Positions 40,879 to 53,930 of a DNA stretch of 63,516 bases are shown here, piece after piece. The notes under the pieces are model-generated. The model was not told where the DNA came from. It did not search any database and was given only the letters and a program-made list of their open reading frames with translations. Within the stretch, counting starts at the first letter, position 1, and every line of letters begins with the position of its first letter. A program made the position numbers and the translations under genes. This DNA comes from Oopsacas minuta. Lineage: Eukaryota > Animalia > Porifera. The stretch lies in NCBI GenBank assembly GCA_024704765.1, contig JAKMXF010000288.1, forward strand, positions 434,485 to 498,000. The letters are read 5' to 3'.

Positions 40879-42367
40879 TTATTTAAGCGCCTTTTTGTCA
40901 CCTTTCTCTTCTTGATTGAAACGCAGGAATCGTCTTAAAGTTGAGTAATAAGAAGGAGTTTCTGTAAAATTGTATCCCGATTCATTAGCCGCGCATTCAG
41001 TTATAATTAAATTAGAACAAACTGTTAGAATTTCTACTAAATGCAAATTCCGATATCTCGGGTCCATGACGCAATCATGAAGTATTTTCAAGAACCATGA
41101 TCCGTTTTTAGGATCCCTCCAAGACACAAATCCCTCTGAGGTGGAGTACGCGATCAGGGTATCGCCTGCCTTCGTAGCCACATCCGCGCCCTTTTGCTTA
41201 GTGTCTGTACTGTCTGCTCCTTTATATTTCACCTCCTTTTTACTCCCCTTGCACGCTTGCATAATAAACACCTTTGGAATGCCAAGTAAGTTCTCGTTGG
41301 ATTGGAGTATGTCCACCATATCTAAGACTGTCATACCGAAACCATCTGACCCCAACACCTTGCCACTTTCATCACCGTGTGAAGAGATGGACACGAAAAT
41401 TACAGAGCAGCTTTCAGCAACATTATCAGATAGATTGTCTAATTTATCGAAGAAAGAACTTCCTTCCAAATCTTCGTAGGTGTTATTATCGCATTTGATG
41501 TTATATTTCTCGTAAATATTTGTCAAATACTCAAGGTCCTTTTTGGCGCCTGACCTCTTGGATAGTTTTTTGAAATTCTCATTCACGATAATAATTCCTT
41601 CTCCTTGCCCGTATTTGTAGTTTAGATCGTTGTCATCTAATTGGACACAATAAAATTAATTGTTCCAATTAGCAAGTGTTGACTGTAGTACAAATTCAAA
41701 TTGTACGATTGCACGAATTGCAAAGTCCATATATCCGGGGGGATCATGTAAAATCAATAGTTCCAATTGACATGAAACGAGTATTTATGAGAGTACACAT
41801 TCTAAAATTTGATAAATCGAGTGAATTTTGAATTTAGGTGCCTTAAACTCTAAAACGTAAAAAAAACCGCCAAATTTATGAATCCCGCCTAAAAATTCTG
41901 ATCACGCGCCTAAATATATATACATAACCCGCTTATGATTCTCATTGCTCCCATAAAATTTCCCAAGACCGCCTAAATCCTCTTTTCTCGTCTAACTATA
42001 TATCCCGCTAGTAATTCTCATCGCCCGCTTAGATATCTAAAAACCGCCTAAATCCTTATTTCCCGCTTAAACCTAAATTTAGACTATTCAACTCACAAAC
42101 AGTGACAATTCCAGTCTCGGCTGTCTCTGGTTTTGTTTTGGGAACTGCTAATTCTGGAACGTTTGCTTTTGGAGGAGGTCTTGCTTCAGTTTGTGCACCA
42201 CTTGTAGCACTTGTCCCTTTACTACCTTTGGGTATATTAATTTGCTTTATTGGTGGTGGCTTTCCATCCGTTTGTGCGCCACTTGTGTCACTCGTGCCAT
42301 CTTCATTGGCCTTTTGTGGAGCAAATCTGCTTTTCCTTGGTTTATCTGTAGCTGTCGAATCTGCCAT
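40879..42367 (-). CDS. Caspase F (exons 42367-42097, 41636-40879), SHG/QACKG; closest to caspase E
   Basis: MADSTATDKPRKSRF... joins by phase-1 splice to DNDLNY...RSGAKKD...SSHG...QACKG...SWRDPKNGSW. Confidence 0.88.
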
Positions 42368-43269
42368 TCAAACTCTAATCTAAATGTATTCACGGTCTTC
42401 TAGTGTATATATTAATGAATTCCAATTGACTTGTATGTTGCTAGGGCTAGCTTTATATACGTATAACTTTTGCTAATTTTACTGCAGTGTAATCAATATG
42501 ATGATTTACTGGTTATTTCTGCTAACGGATTTGCTAATTTTAACTATTGAGACTACTTGCTTGTTGTTACGCTAGATGATGTCGTTAATTGTTGGCGATA
42601 CGTTGCTGGGGGTCGAATTTGATTCCATGTTACAAATAGGCAGATTTTATAAAGTACGAATTGTCTAAGGAACTGATAGGTATTATGGCGCGTAAATTTG
42701 GCGCGCATGTGGATTATTAACTCTAAGAGATATCTCTTAAACTCACTGTGGAAGGTGTCTATTGTGTCGACCTTTCAGAGTTGTTTTAGCAGTGTTAATA
42801 CTAACTGATCCGTTAGAATGATTTCCTTGAATTCTCCAATTCTTACGGGATAATCCAGTAATCATGAGAGAGGGTAGCAAATGGTCAGTCAGAGTGATAT
42901 CTTGTCTTTAGCTATAATTTATTAATGGTTAAGACATACCAAAGTGTTTATAATAATTAGTGTCAAACTTTCAATAACCAAGGTGATTATTCATATTTTA
43001 ACACCCTTGTACGGGGGACATAATATTAATCACACACTGCATTCCATGAATCATTGCATTCTATACATGAATATATTCACCAACTCCCTAACGTGCTTCT
43101 GTGACGTGTTATGTCCCAGTTTCCATGGTTACCTCGTTGGTATTTGGCTACACCCCTCAGTGAGGGAGGGGGACTATTGAAAGGAAGCTTTATTTAACTA
43201 AATTTGTTATTATTTTGATATATTTACTGATAAATTGTTTACAAATTCGTATATTAATAATTGAGACAA

Positions 43270-43431
43270 CTATCTTTTCTCCACTTCATATGGCCAGTGT
43301 ATCTTATGAGTGAAGTTAAAAGGTTCTGAGATTTCTATCTTTTTTGGCGGGTCTTTTCTCTTCGAATGTGTCACAATTTTCAATATTTTCTTTAGAAAAT
43401 TTTTCTGTATCTTATTTTGAAGTTTTGAGTC

Positions 43432-43487
<56 letters not shown>

Positions 43488-43497
43488 GTTGATCCAT
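43270..43497 (-). CDS. 75-aa microprotein with poly-Thr and a C-terminal CRIB motif (ISEPFNFTHKIH)
   Basis: ORF track. Matches the CRIB consensus ISxP..FxHxxH. The poly-Thr is encoded by an (AAC)n microsatellite. Confidence 0.55.
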
Positions 43498-44494
43498 TTA
43501 TATTTTGCGTTTTTATTATTTCTATTCTACCTGCTATTTATACTATATTGGAACTAACCCTAATTTTGCGATAATTTATCTAACTTATTAATTATGGAAC
43601 TATCACGTTATCTCATTTCTATAATTTACTTGACACCTAATGTATTTGTTTATTTCCTATTTAGGAAATTGTTTATGATTTTTGTATTTACTCTTATTTA
43701 CGTAATTATATTCAGGTAGTTTTGTAAACAAATCCTTTATGGAACTATACGTCACATTTGTGACATATAAATCACCTCTATGTCTATATGTTTGATTGTT
43801 CAGAATTGAAGAACTTCACAGTCATAATTCTTGTTGTGCCTCTGGGCGTCACCGTTATAGTTCCAGATTGTAATTTAATTCTGAATTATTGTCCCAGAGT
43901 TTATTTTGTCCAAATAGGCATTTTTCCTAGTTACCTGACTGTGTCATTGATATTCTAATTACTTTTAATTACTTGAGTGAGTATTACGAATGAATAGACT
44001 TTGTTACTTTATTGTACAACACTTTATGATTTATTATAACACCTCAGTTTTGATTATTTATTATTTATTATTTATTATTTTTGCTGCTTTTGACATTATT
44101 TGTGTACTCACGTCTATTTCTGTCAGAGCGATTAAATTTGCTGAGGTCTTTTCAGGGGCCATCTGAGGTTCTGGCAGATTAATCAGTTGCCCCCTTCCCT
44201 CCATGGGACTGCCACTGGGTTTGTTACAAGCAAGCTAGCAACCAATTTCAAACAACTCCCGTCATATCTAAGCTCAAGGGACCGTGATAATTACTTCGCT
44301 ATCACCGACGGAATATATGCCTCTTTGACGGTTTGTGACCATATTTGTACAATTGCACACTTCGATATAGGCGGGTATTTCTATGTATCCGTGTTAGATA
44401 TAACCGGAGTTGGTTACATATATTTGCTTAATATATTATTACCATCTTCAAACAAGTAAACATTATGAAGTAAATACAAATATACACAAGCTAG

Positions 44495-46130
44495 CTAAGT
44501 ACTCCGACTTGACTTCTTCCTTTTAGACATCAAACAATCTCTAAATTCAACTGCTAAATGTGCTATTTTTGTCACAGGTGTCTCTGGATAGTGTTGTAAT
44601 AGTTTTATTGTATTTCCAAAGTCTGCTTCTATAATTGCCTTTCTCTGAATTATTAACATCGCACAGCAAATATCATACAAAAATTCAAATCTTATTTCAT
44701 CAGAAAATAACACATCCCATAACTCAATTAAATCCGGTAAGAAGAACTCCTGTGAAAGGAGGAGAGTAATCCACCTGAACGAGAAGTAGTGTGGGTCTAT
44801 ATTCTTCTCGATTAAGTTCGCGTGTAGCTCTGGATCGCCTCTGTTGAGTTTCGTCATTAATTTTGTCATCATTGCTTGAATGCCATATTGTGTGTGGTCC
44901 ATTGATTTACAAAAGTTGTCGCCAATTTCGCTCATCAGATTTGTGAAACAATAAAAAGTGTCTGGCTCGGCGTGTTGTCGCCATTCCAAATTGGGATCGT
45001 TCCCAAACACGTAATAAATCGGTCCAATGATCTCATTCATCCCCTGTACGTAACCTAGCCCCTTGTTAATCTTAGCATATATGAATAAAATCCTCTCCAC
45101 CACTTCCCAATGAGCTTCGTTTGCCTTTTCGTTCACAGATATTGATTTGAATAATTCTCCCTGTTTTTGTTTGAGGAGGTTTTGAATTCCTTTTCTAGAT
45201 TCTTTCACTTCTAAAGTCTCCAAATTGTCGTTTTCAACACGTTCCCTTCAAAAGATGTTATCATAATACAAAGTGTCCAATTCATGGATACAGTTGGTCC
45301 TCTCTAATTGTCCACCAGTGGCCAATGGGATCAGAAATGGAAAATTAGAGAGGACCTACTGATGTTAATTAAGCTTGTTAAAGGAGATCTGTCACTAATA
45401 TTCATCTGTTAGTTAGTAAATATATTGTGTAGTTATTCATGTGACAGGTAAACTTGTTGTGGGCGGTGGGGCTGATACAATTCCCAACTGACAGTGTCCT
45501 TATATACAGTAGACTCCGCTGAATAGAGTCACGGAAAGTACCCCATCATTCACACTATATAGACCAATTTAGCCCTCTGGGTGCTAGTTGTTATCCTCTA
45601 TAATTAACATACCTTAATTTCCCGATGCCCTCTACAGCACAAGGGTATTCTGTCCGCAGTTGGAAGAAGGATATATCTGGATATAACCTTCTAGAGTCAT
45701 AGTTAATCTGCTGTAACACTTTATTTTCTTCAAAGAAAGATTTCCAGTTCGATGCTGTGTCTTGGCTTAAGGGGTGATCCCCTGGGGCTTGAATCGCACC
45801 TGGATTAATAACAAGGTCTTGGACGAAAGACCAATATGTTTGGCGCACTGTTTTTAACTAAAAATAGAACAAATACATTTGTAAATAACAGGAGTTGACT
45901 GTACACTATGATATGATTAATTTTCACACTTTTGTATCCCATGTGTCTTTCTTAAGTGGCAGATAACCTAGCATTAGTTTCCATGCCACACTTCTGGTGG
46001 CATGACCCTCTACACCAGAAGTGAAACATATCTTATTGAGAAGTGATAAATCGATTTCTTCATCTGATATTACTGTTTCTACCGGCGATTTGATGTGTTT
46101 ATTGAATGATAGTCTCTTCTTATGACTCAT
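44495..46130 (-). CDS. TBC1D13: TBC1 domain family member 13 (Rab GAP), three exons
   Basis: WKLMLGYLP, DHPL, QQINYDSRRLYPDISFF (IxxDxxR finger), EAHWEVVERILFIYAK...YVQGMNEI (YxQ finger), HAEPDTFYCFTNLMSEI, FRWITLLLSQEFFLPD. Confidence 0.92.
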
Positions 46131-46889
46131 TTCTAAACAAACAAACAAACAAACATTAAACTACAATACACGCTCAGCTGATTCCAAACAGAACTGTTAC
46201 AATTGCAGATTAAGGAGAGGGTCTACCGGATGTACACACACTTTCTTAACACCTCAGATTGTTCCAGAGGTGTACACGTACCTTGTTTGGTTTATTATTA
46301 ATATTATTCAAATGCTTGTTACCTATCATATAGCTCTAATAATTATGGTATATTTATAAATTACTTTCATAATGTATGTTAAATTGGAACTAAGTAGTTC
46401 CACAGACCACTTATGCCGCACTTGAGGTGTGAACAGAGCCACTTCATCAAGATATGTCTGGAAGAGCTCTAAGAGTGCATATTCGTCTTTTTCAGAATTT
46501 TGTTCAATCGAAGTTCTATCATAAATATTTTGATATTATTTTTATTATTTGCAAGTTGTATGGGTCTTTGTCTGCCACCCAAGTGGCTTGATGTCACTTT
46601 TATGGGTGCACATGATTAATTACATAAACAGGGGGGCGTGTATTGGTATCCTAGGGTATCAGTCATGAGACCACTTTTGATTGAATTAAATTCTATCAGT
46701 AAGGAAATTTCCAAATTATTAATGGTGCAATATTGAATTAACGAGTTAAGCATTTTAATTACTCAATATGGTAACTATGGTGATGTAATGCTGTGTTGGA
46801 ATGCTATAATGTGATGCATAATCTTGTACCAAACTGGAAGTGAAACTTATTGTAATTGAATCAGTTCTCGTGCGTCATGAAAGCCAACA

Positions 46890-47045
46890 AATGCTGTATT
46901 TGTTTGTTTGTTTGTTGTTTACTTATACGAATATTTGCTTGTTTGTTTGTTTACTTGTACGAATATTTGCTTGTTTGTTTGTTTACTTATACGAATATTT
47001 GTTTGTTTGTTTGTTTACTTATACGAATATTTGTTTGTTTGTTAT
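46890..47045. repeat. Minisatellite of TTTG tracts interleaved with ACTTATACGAATAT
   Basis: Four visible tandem units. Confidence 0.8.
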
Positions 47046-47105
47046 TCAATCTTTAATATATCGTATAATACAATAAATATATACGAAATGTCAATAACAA
47101 CAACA

Positions 47106-47345
47106 CTATGGAGTGTAAGGCCAATGAATGAGATGTTTGAAATCTTGAGGTGAGGATATTTCGTTACTTGTTAGTTTTCTAAATGATCTTCTGCTGCCCA
47201 AACCTTTAGGGCTTTGTGATACATCTTTGCGACACAATTCATCACCACTTGAGAACGTGTGTGACCTTTGTAACTTCCTTTTGGGGGTAGGAGGGTGCTT
47301 AGCGTCCATGGAGCGAGATTTGTTGAATAAAGATTTGAAATCCAT
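47106..47345 (-). CDS. 79-aa microprotein with a C-terminal CRIB motif (ISSPQDFKHLIH)
   Basis: Clean ATG-to-TAG ORF with a basic, disordered N-terminus. The CRIB motif is followed by WPY, as in 43270..43497. Confidence 0.65.
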   Translation of the reverse strand: MDFKSLFNKSRSMDAKHPPTPKRKLQRSHTFSSGDELCRKDVSQSPKGLGSRRSFRKLTSNEISSPQDFKHLIHWPYTP

Positions 47346-49789
47346 TTTTATATTTTATATTTTTGCTCGCTTTTATATTATTTTATTAATTTACAAGTTA
47401 GTTTCAGTTTTGTATAACTCATAAACTGTGGATTAATCTTAACAACCAGTCTGTCGTAATGTTATGCATGAAATTGTACCCTAATGGAGTCTTATTTGGA
47501 CTATGTAGGGATATGAAAGTGTATGTCTCATGTGACAGCTCTATTATCCATTTTTACACATTAGCCGGGTGATTATTCATATTTTAACACCCTTGTACGG
47601 GGGACATAACATATAATCACATACTACATTCTATACATGAATATATTCACCAACTCCCTAACGTGCTTCTGTGACGTGTTATGTCCCAGTTTCCATGGTT
47701 ACCTCGTTGATATTTCTTGGGTTAAAAATGGGTCTGGACCGCTGTAAGCCCCCTCAATGGGGCTGTTTGATAATTATTTGGGTGAGTCACAATTCGAGTT
47801 ACTATTTGTATATATGCACACTCCAGTTTATCCAATTATTTACAATACAGATATTCTCTAACATCCATAGTCCATTAACTTAAGTCTATATTCAAATACA
47901 ATTCAGAGTGATTCCTTTATAATCCATGGTTAATTAGAATTATTGTTGAGTGCCCCTTCCATTAGCCAGGTGTTGTTAATTACTTAATTAGCCTTGTTGC
48001 TAGGGATTATCCTTCTGGAATTTGATGTTTTTACCCCCTTTACATGTATGAACATAAACCTGGCTCAAGTTACGATATCCATATTTTGTAATGACTATGG
48101 TCCTGACTCATACATCTATTTCAGGAAGATACTGCAGTCATAATTGGTCGAGTATACCGCCTATCACGTGTACACAACATTCCATGTTAGGTATGTGTAG
48201 AATCTCATGTTTCCTATTTCATTACACATGCCTACTGGTTATTTGTTGGTTTACATTCCAACCCACAATATGCTCAGCCAATCAGATTATGTTCTTTTTG
48301 GTGTTATGGATATAATGACCAATGGAATGACAGCATGTACTTATTGGATATCATCTATTCTGATTGGTCGACACATATTTATGGCATATTTGTGTGGAAT
48401 TTGTGAATATTTTTGTTTGATATTTGGGCATATTTTGAGTTGCGACACTTTACACGCACCTGCCAAATCTCATGTTTATATCTCCAACCAGTCGATCAAA
48501 ATACGCGAACAAAATCTACACAAATCATGTGTGCTGTGTTAATTTAGTAGCCTTATCCTGTATGTATATTGTTTCTTAATTAAATTTAATACTGGAACCA
48601 ATTGAGAGTTAGTTCCAGTATGACTTAGTGAATTTCAGTAACTTCATGAATTAGTTCATACCAAATTGATATTTTACTCGTAAAAAACTAATGGAATTAA
48701 GATTTGGTTAAAGGTGTGAAAATTCTACCTTAATAGTGTCTAGACATAATATGATAATTTATTCTGTAGACCCACTGTCTCATAATTTCAGCCACATTCA
48801 AGGTGGCAGCCAAGGGCCAGGATATGTCACTTGGCTAACAAGATTAATTATATTATTGACTCAATAATCCATTGTAATTAATTATTTAAATTCGTAGGCA
48901 CTGTAATTTGAGATTTTTACTGTGCGGACAATCCTTGTACAATATGGACCCTTCTTACCTGTGTACCCTCTATCCCAATTTAACACACCCTGTGCCCACC
49001 TGCTGTCGTCCGTGGGCCACCAAGGGTCCATGGAGCCGCTGCTATATTGGTTTTACAATTTGGTGTCAATAAATTCTATATAACCAATAGTATATCTGTC
49101 ACATACAGCATGTTTATGTTCTAAATTCTTAGAGTACTTTTTATAATTGTATTATGATGCCACTTCAAAGTGGCGCTTTGGGATCACAGGCCATTTTGAA
49201 CCGATTAACCGGAACTAATTTCATGGTTCTGCTTCTATCCAAGTGGCACGAGTAACCGAGGTCTCGTTACGAGTACGAATTCTAACGATTGTGTCGCAAT
49301 GTTCACTCCTACTTTCCACAATTCTGTCTTTTTCCATCAATAAATTCTGCGTCGGACAATTCAATAGCAGCTATATTTGTTTGCTTTATATCAATACTAG
49401 TTTATTATTATGAATAGCTAATTGGTCATAGTTCCGTAAATATATTGTGTGTATTTATGAAGAATTTACAGATAATTACATAGCATTCTCACAATTCTGT
49501 TGCTATACAAATGCAAGTCATAATTCCAAGATACAGATAGTGATATGTATGTATGGAGTGGGTCCTCTCTAATTGTCCGCTTCGAACCCCACTGGTGGAC
49601 AATTAGAGAGGACCCACTGTATATAGAAATGATAGTTCCACTTTGTAACACCTTTCGGGATCACATAATTATATGATAAATATTTTAATCACTTCTTCGT
49701 GTTTGATGTTCACATAAATAAATATCATTTCTTCGATACAAAACGCTAAAAAGTGAATTGATAAAGTGTGAATGGCTCTAGTTGTGTCG

Positions 49790-52700
49790 CTATGTGTCGA
49801 TGGGTATTTTGATTATATGGAATCTTGTTTGTTGACAGGTTTGTGGCTCATTGTTTACATCACAAGGTGTTTGTTTACTACAACGATCTGTTGGACCCTT
49901 GTTGTCAAAACAGCTGAAAATTTCGATATTATCATTAGTAGCAGTTGGGTCATGGTACTGTAACCTGATGACGTCATTGCTCTCAATACTCTCTCCGACT
50001 GATTTGCCCTCTACTGTTATCTTCATTACCTAAATACATGTATGTAAATTGTGACACTTTTTAAGTGGTTCTAGCGCCTAATTGTGTCACTTTTTGGTGG
50101 TTCTAGTCAAGTATTGGATTGTCTATCAATACGCGACACAATTCTCACCTGTTGATGACAGTGACTCATATCAAACTGTCCATTTCTATCACAATAATCT
50201 GTCACAAAGCAATGTGTCCTTTCACAATAGATCCACTTGACACCTGTCTCACTCTCCCGCCCTCTGTATTTCCTCTTTAGAACAACCAGATTTCCATTCC
50301 TGATATTTGATGGGTCAGTTCCTGCGAATGTGCCAACTAATTCGAGCGCGAAAATATTGCTTGGACATTTGTTGATATTTTTCTCTTTGAATATTTTCCC
50401 TGGACACCCATTAGCAAAGCATTTTGGCCCATAACAGAGTGGCCATTGATTCGTATCAGCTGATTTTAGAGCTATCGGTGTATCTACATGAACAAAGACG
50501 TAAACAAATAAACAATAATTATTATTAAGAGGTTATCAACCTTTTTCACCCACGAAACCCTTATGCCAATTTTAACACATTCTATGACTCCCTTCCATAC
50601 TGCAATACAAATTTGAGATCATGTGGACCCCTGCTGTCGTCAGTGGACCACCAAGGGTCCGTGTACCCAGGTCGGGAACAGCTGAATTTTATAGCACACT
50701 TTAGTGGCACTTTTGTACAGTTTAGTACCACTACTTCTATTTATTAAAAGTTGTTTACTTGTTTGTATGTATATTGGAGGTGTTGTTGTTGTTGTTGTTG
50801 CTGGCATTGTTGGTGGGCTCGTTGCTAGGTAATGACCTAAAGAATGTTTGATAAAAACTATAAAACATTAACCACAATTCTGTAACTCACTTGGACAATT
50901 ATACAAAATATTCAGCTGTTCTCGGTCCTTCACACTTAAGCCACTTCGCTGCCCAACTTTCCCACTAAAATTTGTTAAAACTTCCATAGTTGGTTTGCCA
51001 TTAACTGAGAATGCTTTGAGTCCATAATGCATTATGGAACCTAAATCGTAACTAACACCTAAACTGTTGATTGACGTCTGTGTGTGTCTTGCGAAATTCA
51101 CACGCTTTTCTGGGACAATGTTCTCCCAAAGTATCCGGACATATTGGCTTCTGTCTGGCCGGGATTGCTCGTGCCAAAACCCAAGGGCGTGACATATCTC
51201 ATGAATAATCATTCCCCTATTGTCACAAAATCGGACCGATATTATCTGTTCTCCTCTCCCCTGCATGCCAACATTTGACGCACACCTAGAAAATTAGTAA
51301 ATAAGTAAACAAATATGTAAATATGTGAAAGTATTATTAATCGTGTAGATATAAAATCGAATTGTCAAAATTGGAATCTACAGCCCAGTTAGCCGTTAAA
51401 GAGAATTTCTAGCATCTTTTTTAAATATTCCCCAAAAGGTGTGAAAATGTGATTAATCACATGTTTGGTGTTATTTATCAGTACAACTTACATATAATTC
51501 CTACTCTCAAATAAGACATAATTCTCCTCATCATTTCGTTCCACAAATGTGACACAAGTCTTTGAAGATATGTGATTCATAGCTCGATAGATTCTATCCT
51601 TTGTTCTTAGGCCTAAAAATAGAATATTCAAAGGTGTGAAATTGGCAGAATCGGGTTCGCAATTTTCGGCGTCCCTTTCACACAATCTGTGGAGATTATA
51701 CTGTATCCCAGTTATCGAACCATTCGGTCTATAGTTCCGTTATATACATATACAGTATACTCTGCTTAATAGGGTCACATTGGACCCAGAGGCCATTTGG
51801 ACCGATTAAGTGGAGTCTACTGTAGTACCAAAATTGAAAATTATCACCTAACGAATGTGTTTCCTTAGTTACCATAAATATTTGACCTTTCATAGTTGTA
51901 TATATTTTTCTTTCATGTGTGGCTTTGTGGTTTGTACTGCTACTTCAATAATGTCAGTAATTTCTTAATTGAATAGTAATGCATTATCAATAATCATATG
52001 GATATAACAGCAAGATACATATTGTAAACAAGCTCGTAAACAAAACACCAACATTGCTTACATTCTTATAATTTATCTGAATTGAGTTAATTCGAATGTG
52101 GCCACTCGCTATAGTAAATACACTAATGGAATGTGTCGAGTATTATCTTGAGTAGAATTTTATTATTTACGAAGTGTGTATAACAGCTGATTTCGAGATA
52201 AATGGTGATGTTATATCATGAAACAGGTGTGAAAATATTCATATTTTAATTATTGTTGCATAGTTGCACTTGCTCAGCTATACGTGCCACATGGCAGCCA
52301 TATTCATGCCACTTTTTGCGAGGATAAAATGCCTTATAATTATTTTCTAATACTACTCTGCATACACCGTATACTCGACATATTTTGCCATGTGCCACTT
52401 GCACCACAAGTGGTAGAGTGCCACAATAAATTCCCCAGATTGTGAACCTCATATTGCACCCCTGTACCAATTTTCAAGTCGATCGGACCCATAGGGACCG
52501 CTGTAGCCCTTAATATTAAATTTTTCTGTTCTCAATGCGTGAACATATCGAATTGATACACTAATTTGTACACTTAATGATTCAAATATGTATAATCATA
52601 TGGAACTAAGAATATGGAACCAAGATTATCATCTTATTGAGTGTAATATTTAATTGTTTTCCAGTTATTACATTATCATCTTTCTGACAATCAGATTTAC

Positions 52701-53930
52701 ACATATCACTTATAATTGTGCTCTCGTGCCGATTAACTTGGATCAGCTGTTTGGAATTGGTAGAGGGCATGATAAAATATCTGGCGTGATATCCGCATGC
52801 CAATATTACCAAGTGGCAATTAGGAAGAGGTTGTTACTTTGTATGTTATTTCCTAATTAATATTCTAAAATTTTGTTGTACTCATGCTAGAATTATGTGA
52901 GAATGGAATGTTGAGGATTACTCTACCTGGTTCCCATTGGTACTAACTACGGGGTCAGCTGTATTGTTTATTTATTTGTTTGTTTGTTAGTTAGTTAGTT
53001 TAAATGTTTGTTTGGGGAAACTTGATCCCTAACATACCTACATTCGGGACTTCATGGCAATACGCAAACTGAAAATATAAAGTTTCTGTCATTCATATCT
53101 ATAGTTCCATATTAACCTAATCAGGCGTTCAATGCAAACTATTCAAACTGCTAATTAGCGTAATTAATAATAATAATTCATATTATTATACTCAAAAGTG
53201 TATATACAAACAATAATTAACTTAGGAATATATTTACGTTACTCACCTACTGAACTATCAATTAGATATGGCACAATAGCATTAGGCCACTTTGATATCT
53301 CCCATCTTGTAATAGCCCTCTCTGACAGTCGTCTTCTTGGCTTTAAGTGCCAGACTTTGTCCAGTAGCGGTTCGTTGAATTTAATATCACCTTCAAATAG
53401 TCCACCTTCTATATCACGTTGCCTAGCAACTAAATCATCTTTAGGAATGTCGTGTGTTATATTCAGAGAGTTTAATGCTCGTTTTAGTTCTCTGTATTCT
53501 CTACGTGTTAGATTCAATATGAACCAAAGTGTTACTAAAATAGATATATATCATATTTATATTTATTTCTGTCAAATTTATGGAAACAGTAGCCTCCTCT
53601 TAAAAGGGCCAATTGGACAGAACCAAAACCATATTATACATTCCAGTTAATGGCACAATTAAGTGGAGATACTGTATCCACTTTCTGCTTATAATTATTC
53701 CAAATATAACTAATAGAAATCGAACTTTTGTCATATGAATAATCAAATTGTTGTTAATTCATTTCTGTATCTAACTTACTATTTTGATATTTATCTGTTT
53801 GTTCAAAGTTTTGCGGTATTTTCAGTTCACCGTTTCCAAAATATCTCCGTCGTTGTGGGAGAATAAAATCTGTCTGCAAACTCACTACAGCTGAAATAAA
53901 CAAAAACACCAACAACAGATACAAACGCAT
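49790..53930 (-). CDS. Secreted astacin-family (M12A) zinc metalloprotease with a Cys-rich C-terminal domain
   Basis: Signal peptide MRLYLLLVFLFISAVVS (starts 53930). Prodomain LFEGDI, then WPNAIVPY, CVTFVER, the HEICHALGFWHEQSRPDR zinc motif and the SIMHY Met-turn. Phase-compatible exons continue to a stop at 49790. Confidence 0.92.

Noticed and set aside
26941-42367. Metacaspase or paracaspase identity for the array
   Set aside because: The QACxG-type motif, both Asp-specificity arginines and the p20/p10 GSW layout indicate true caspases.
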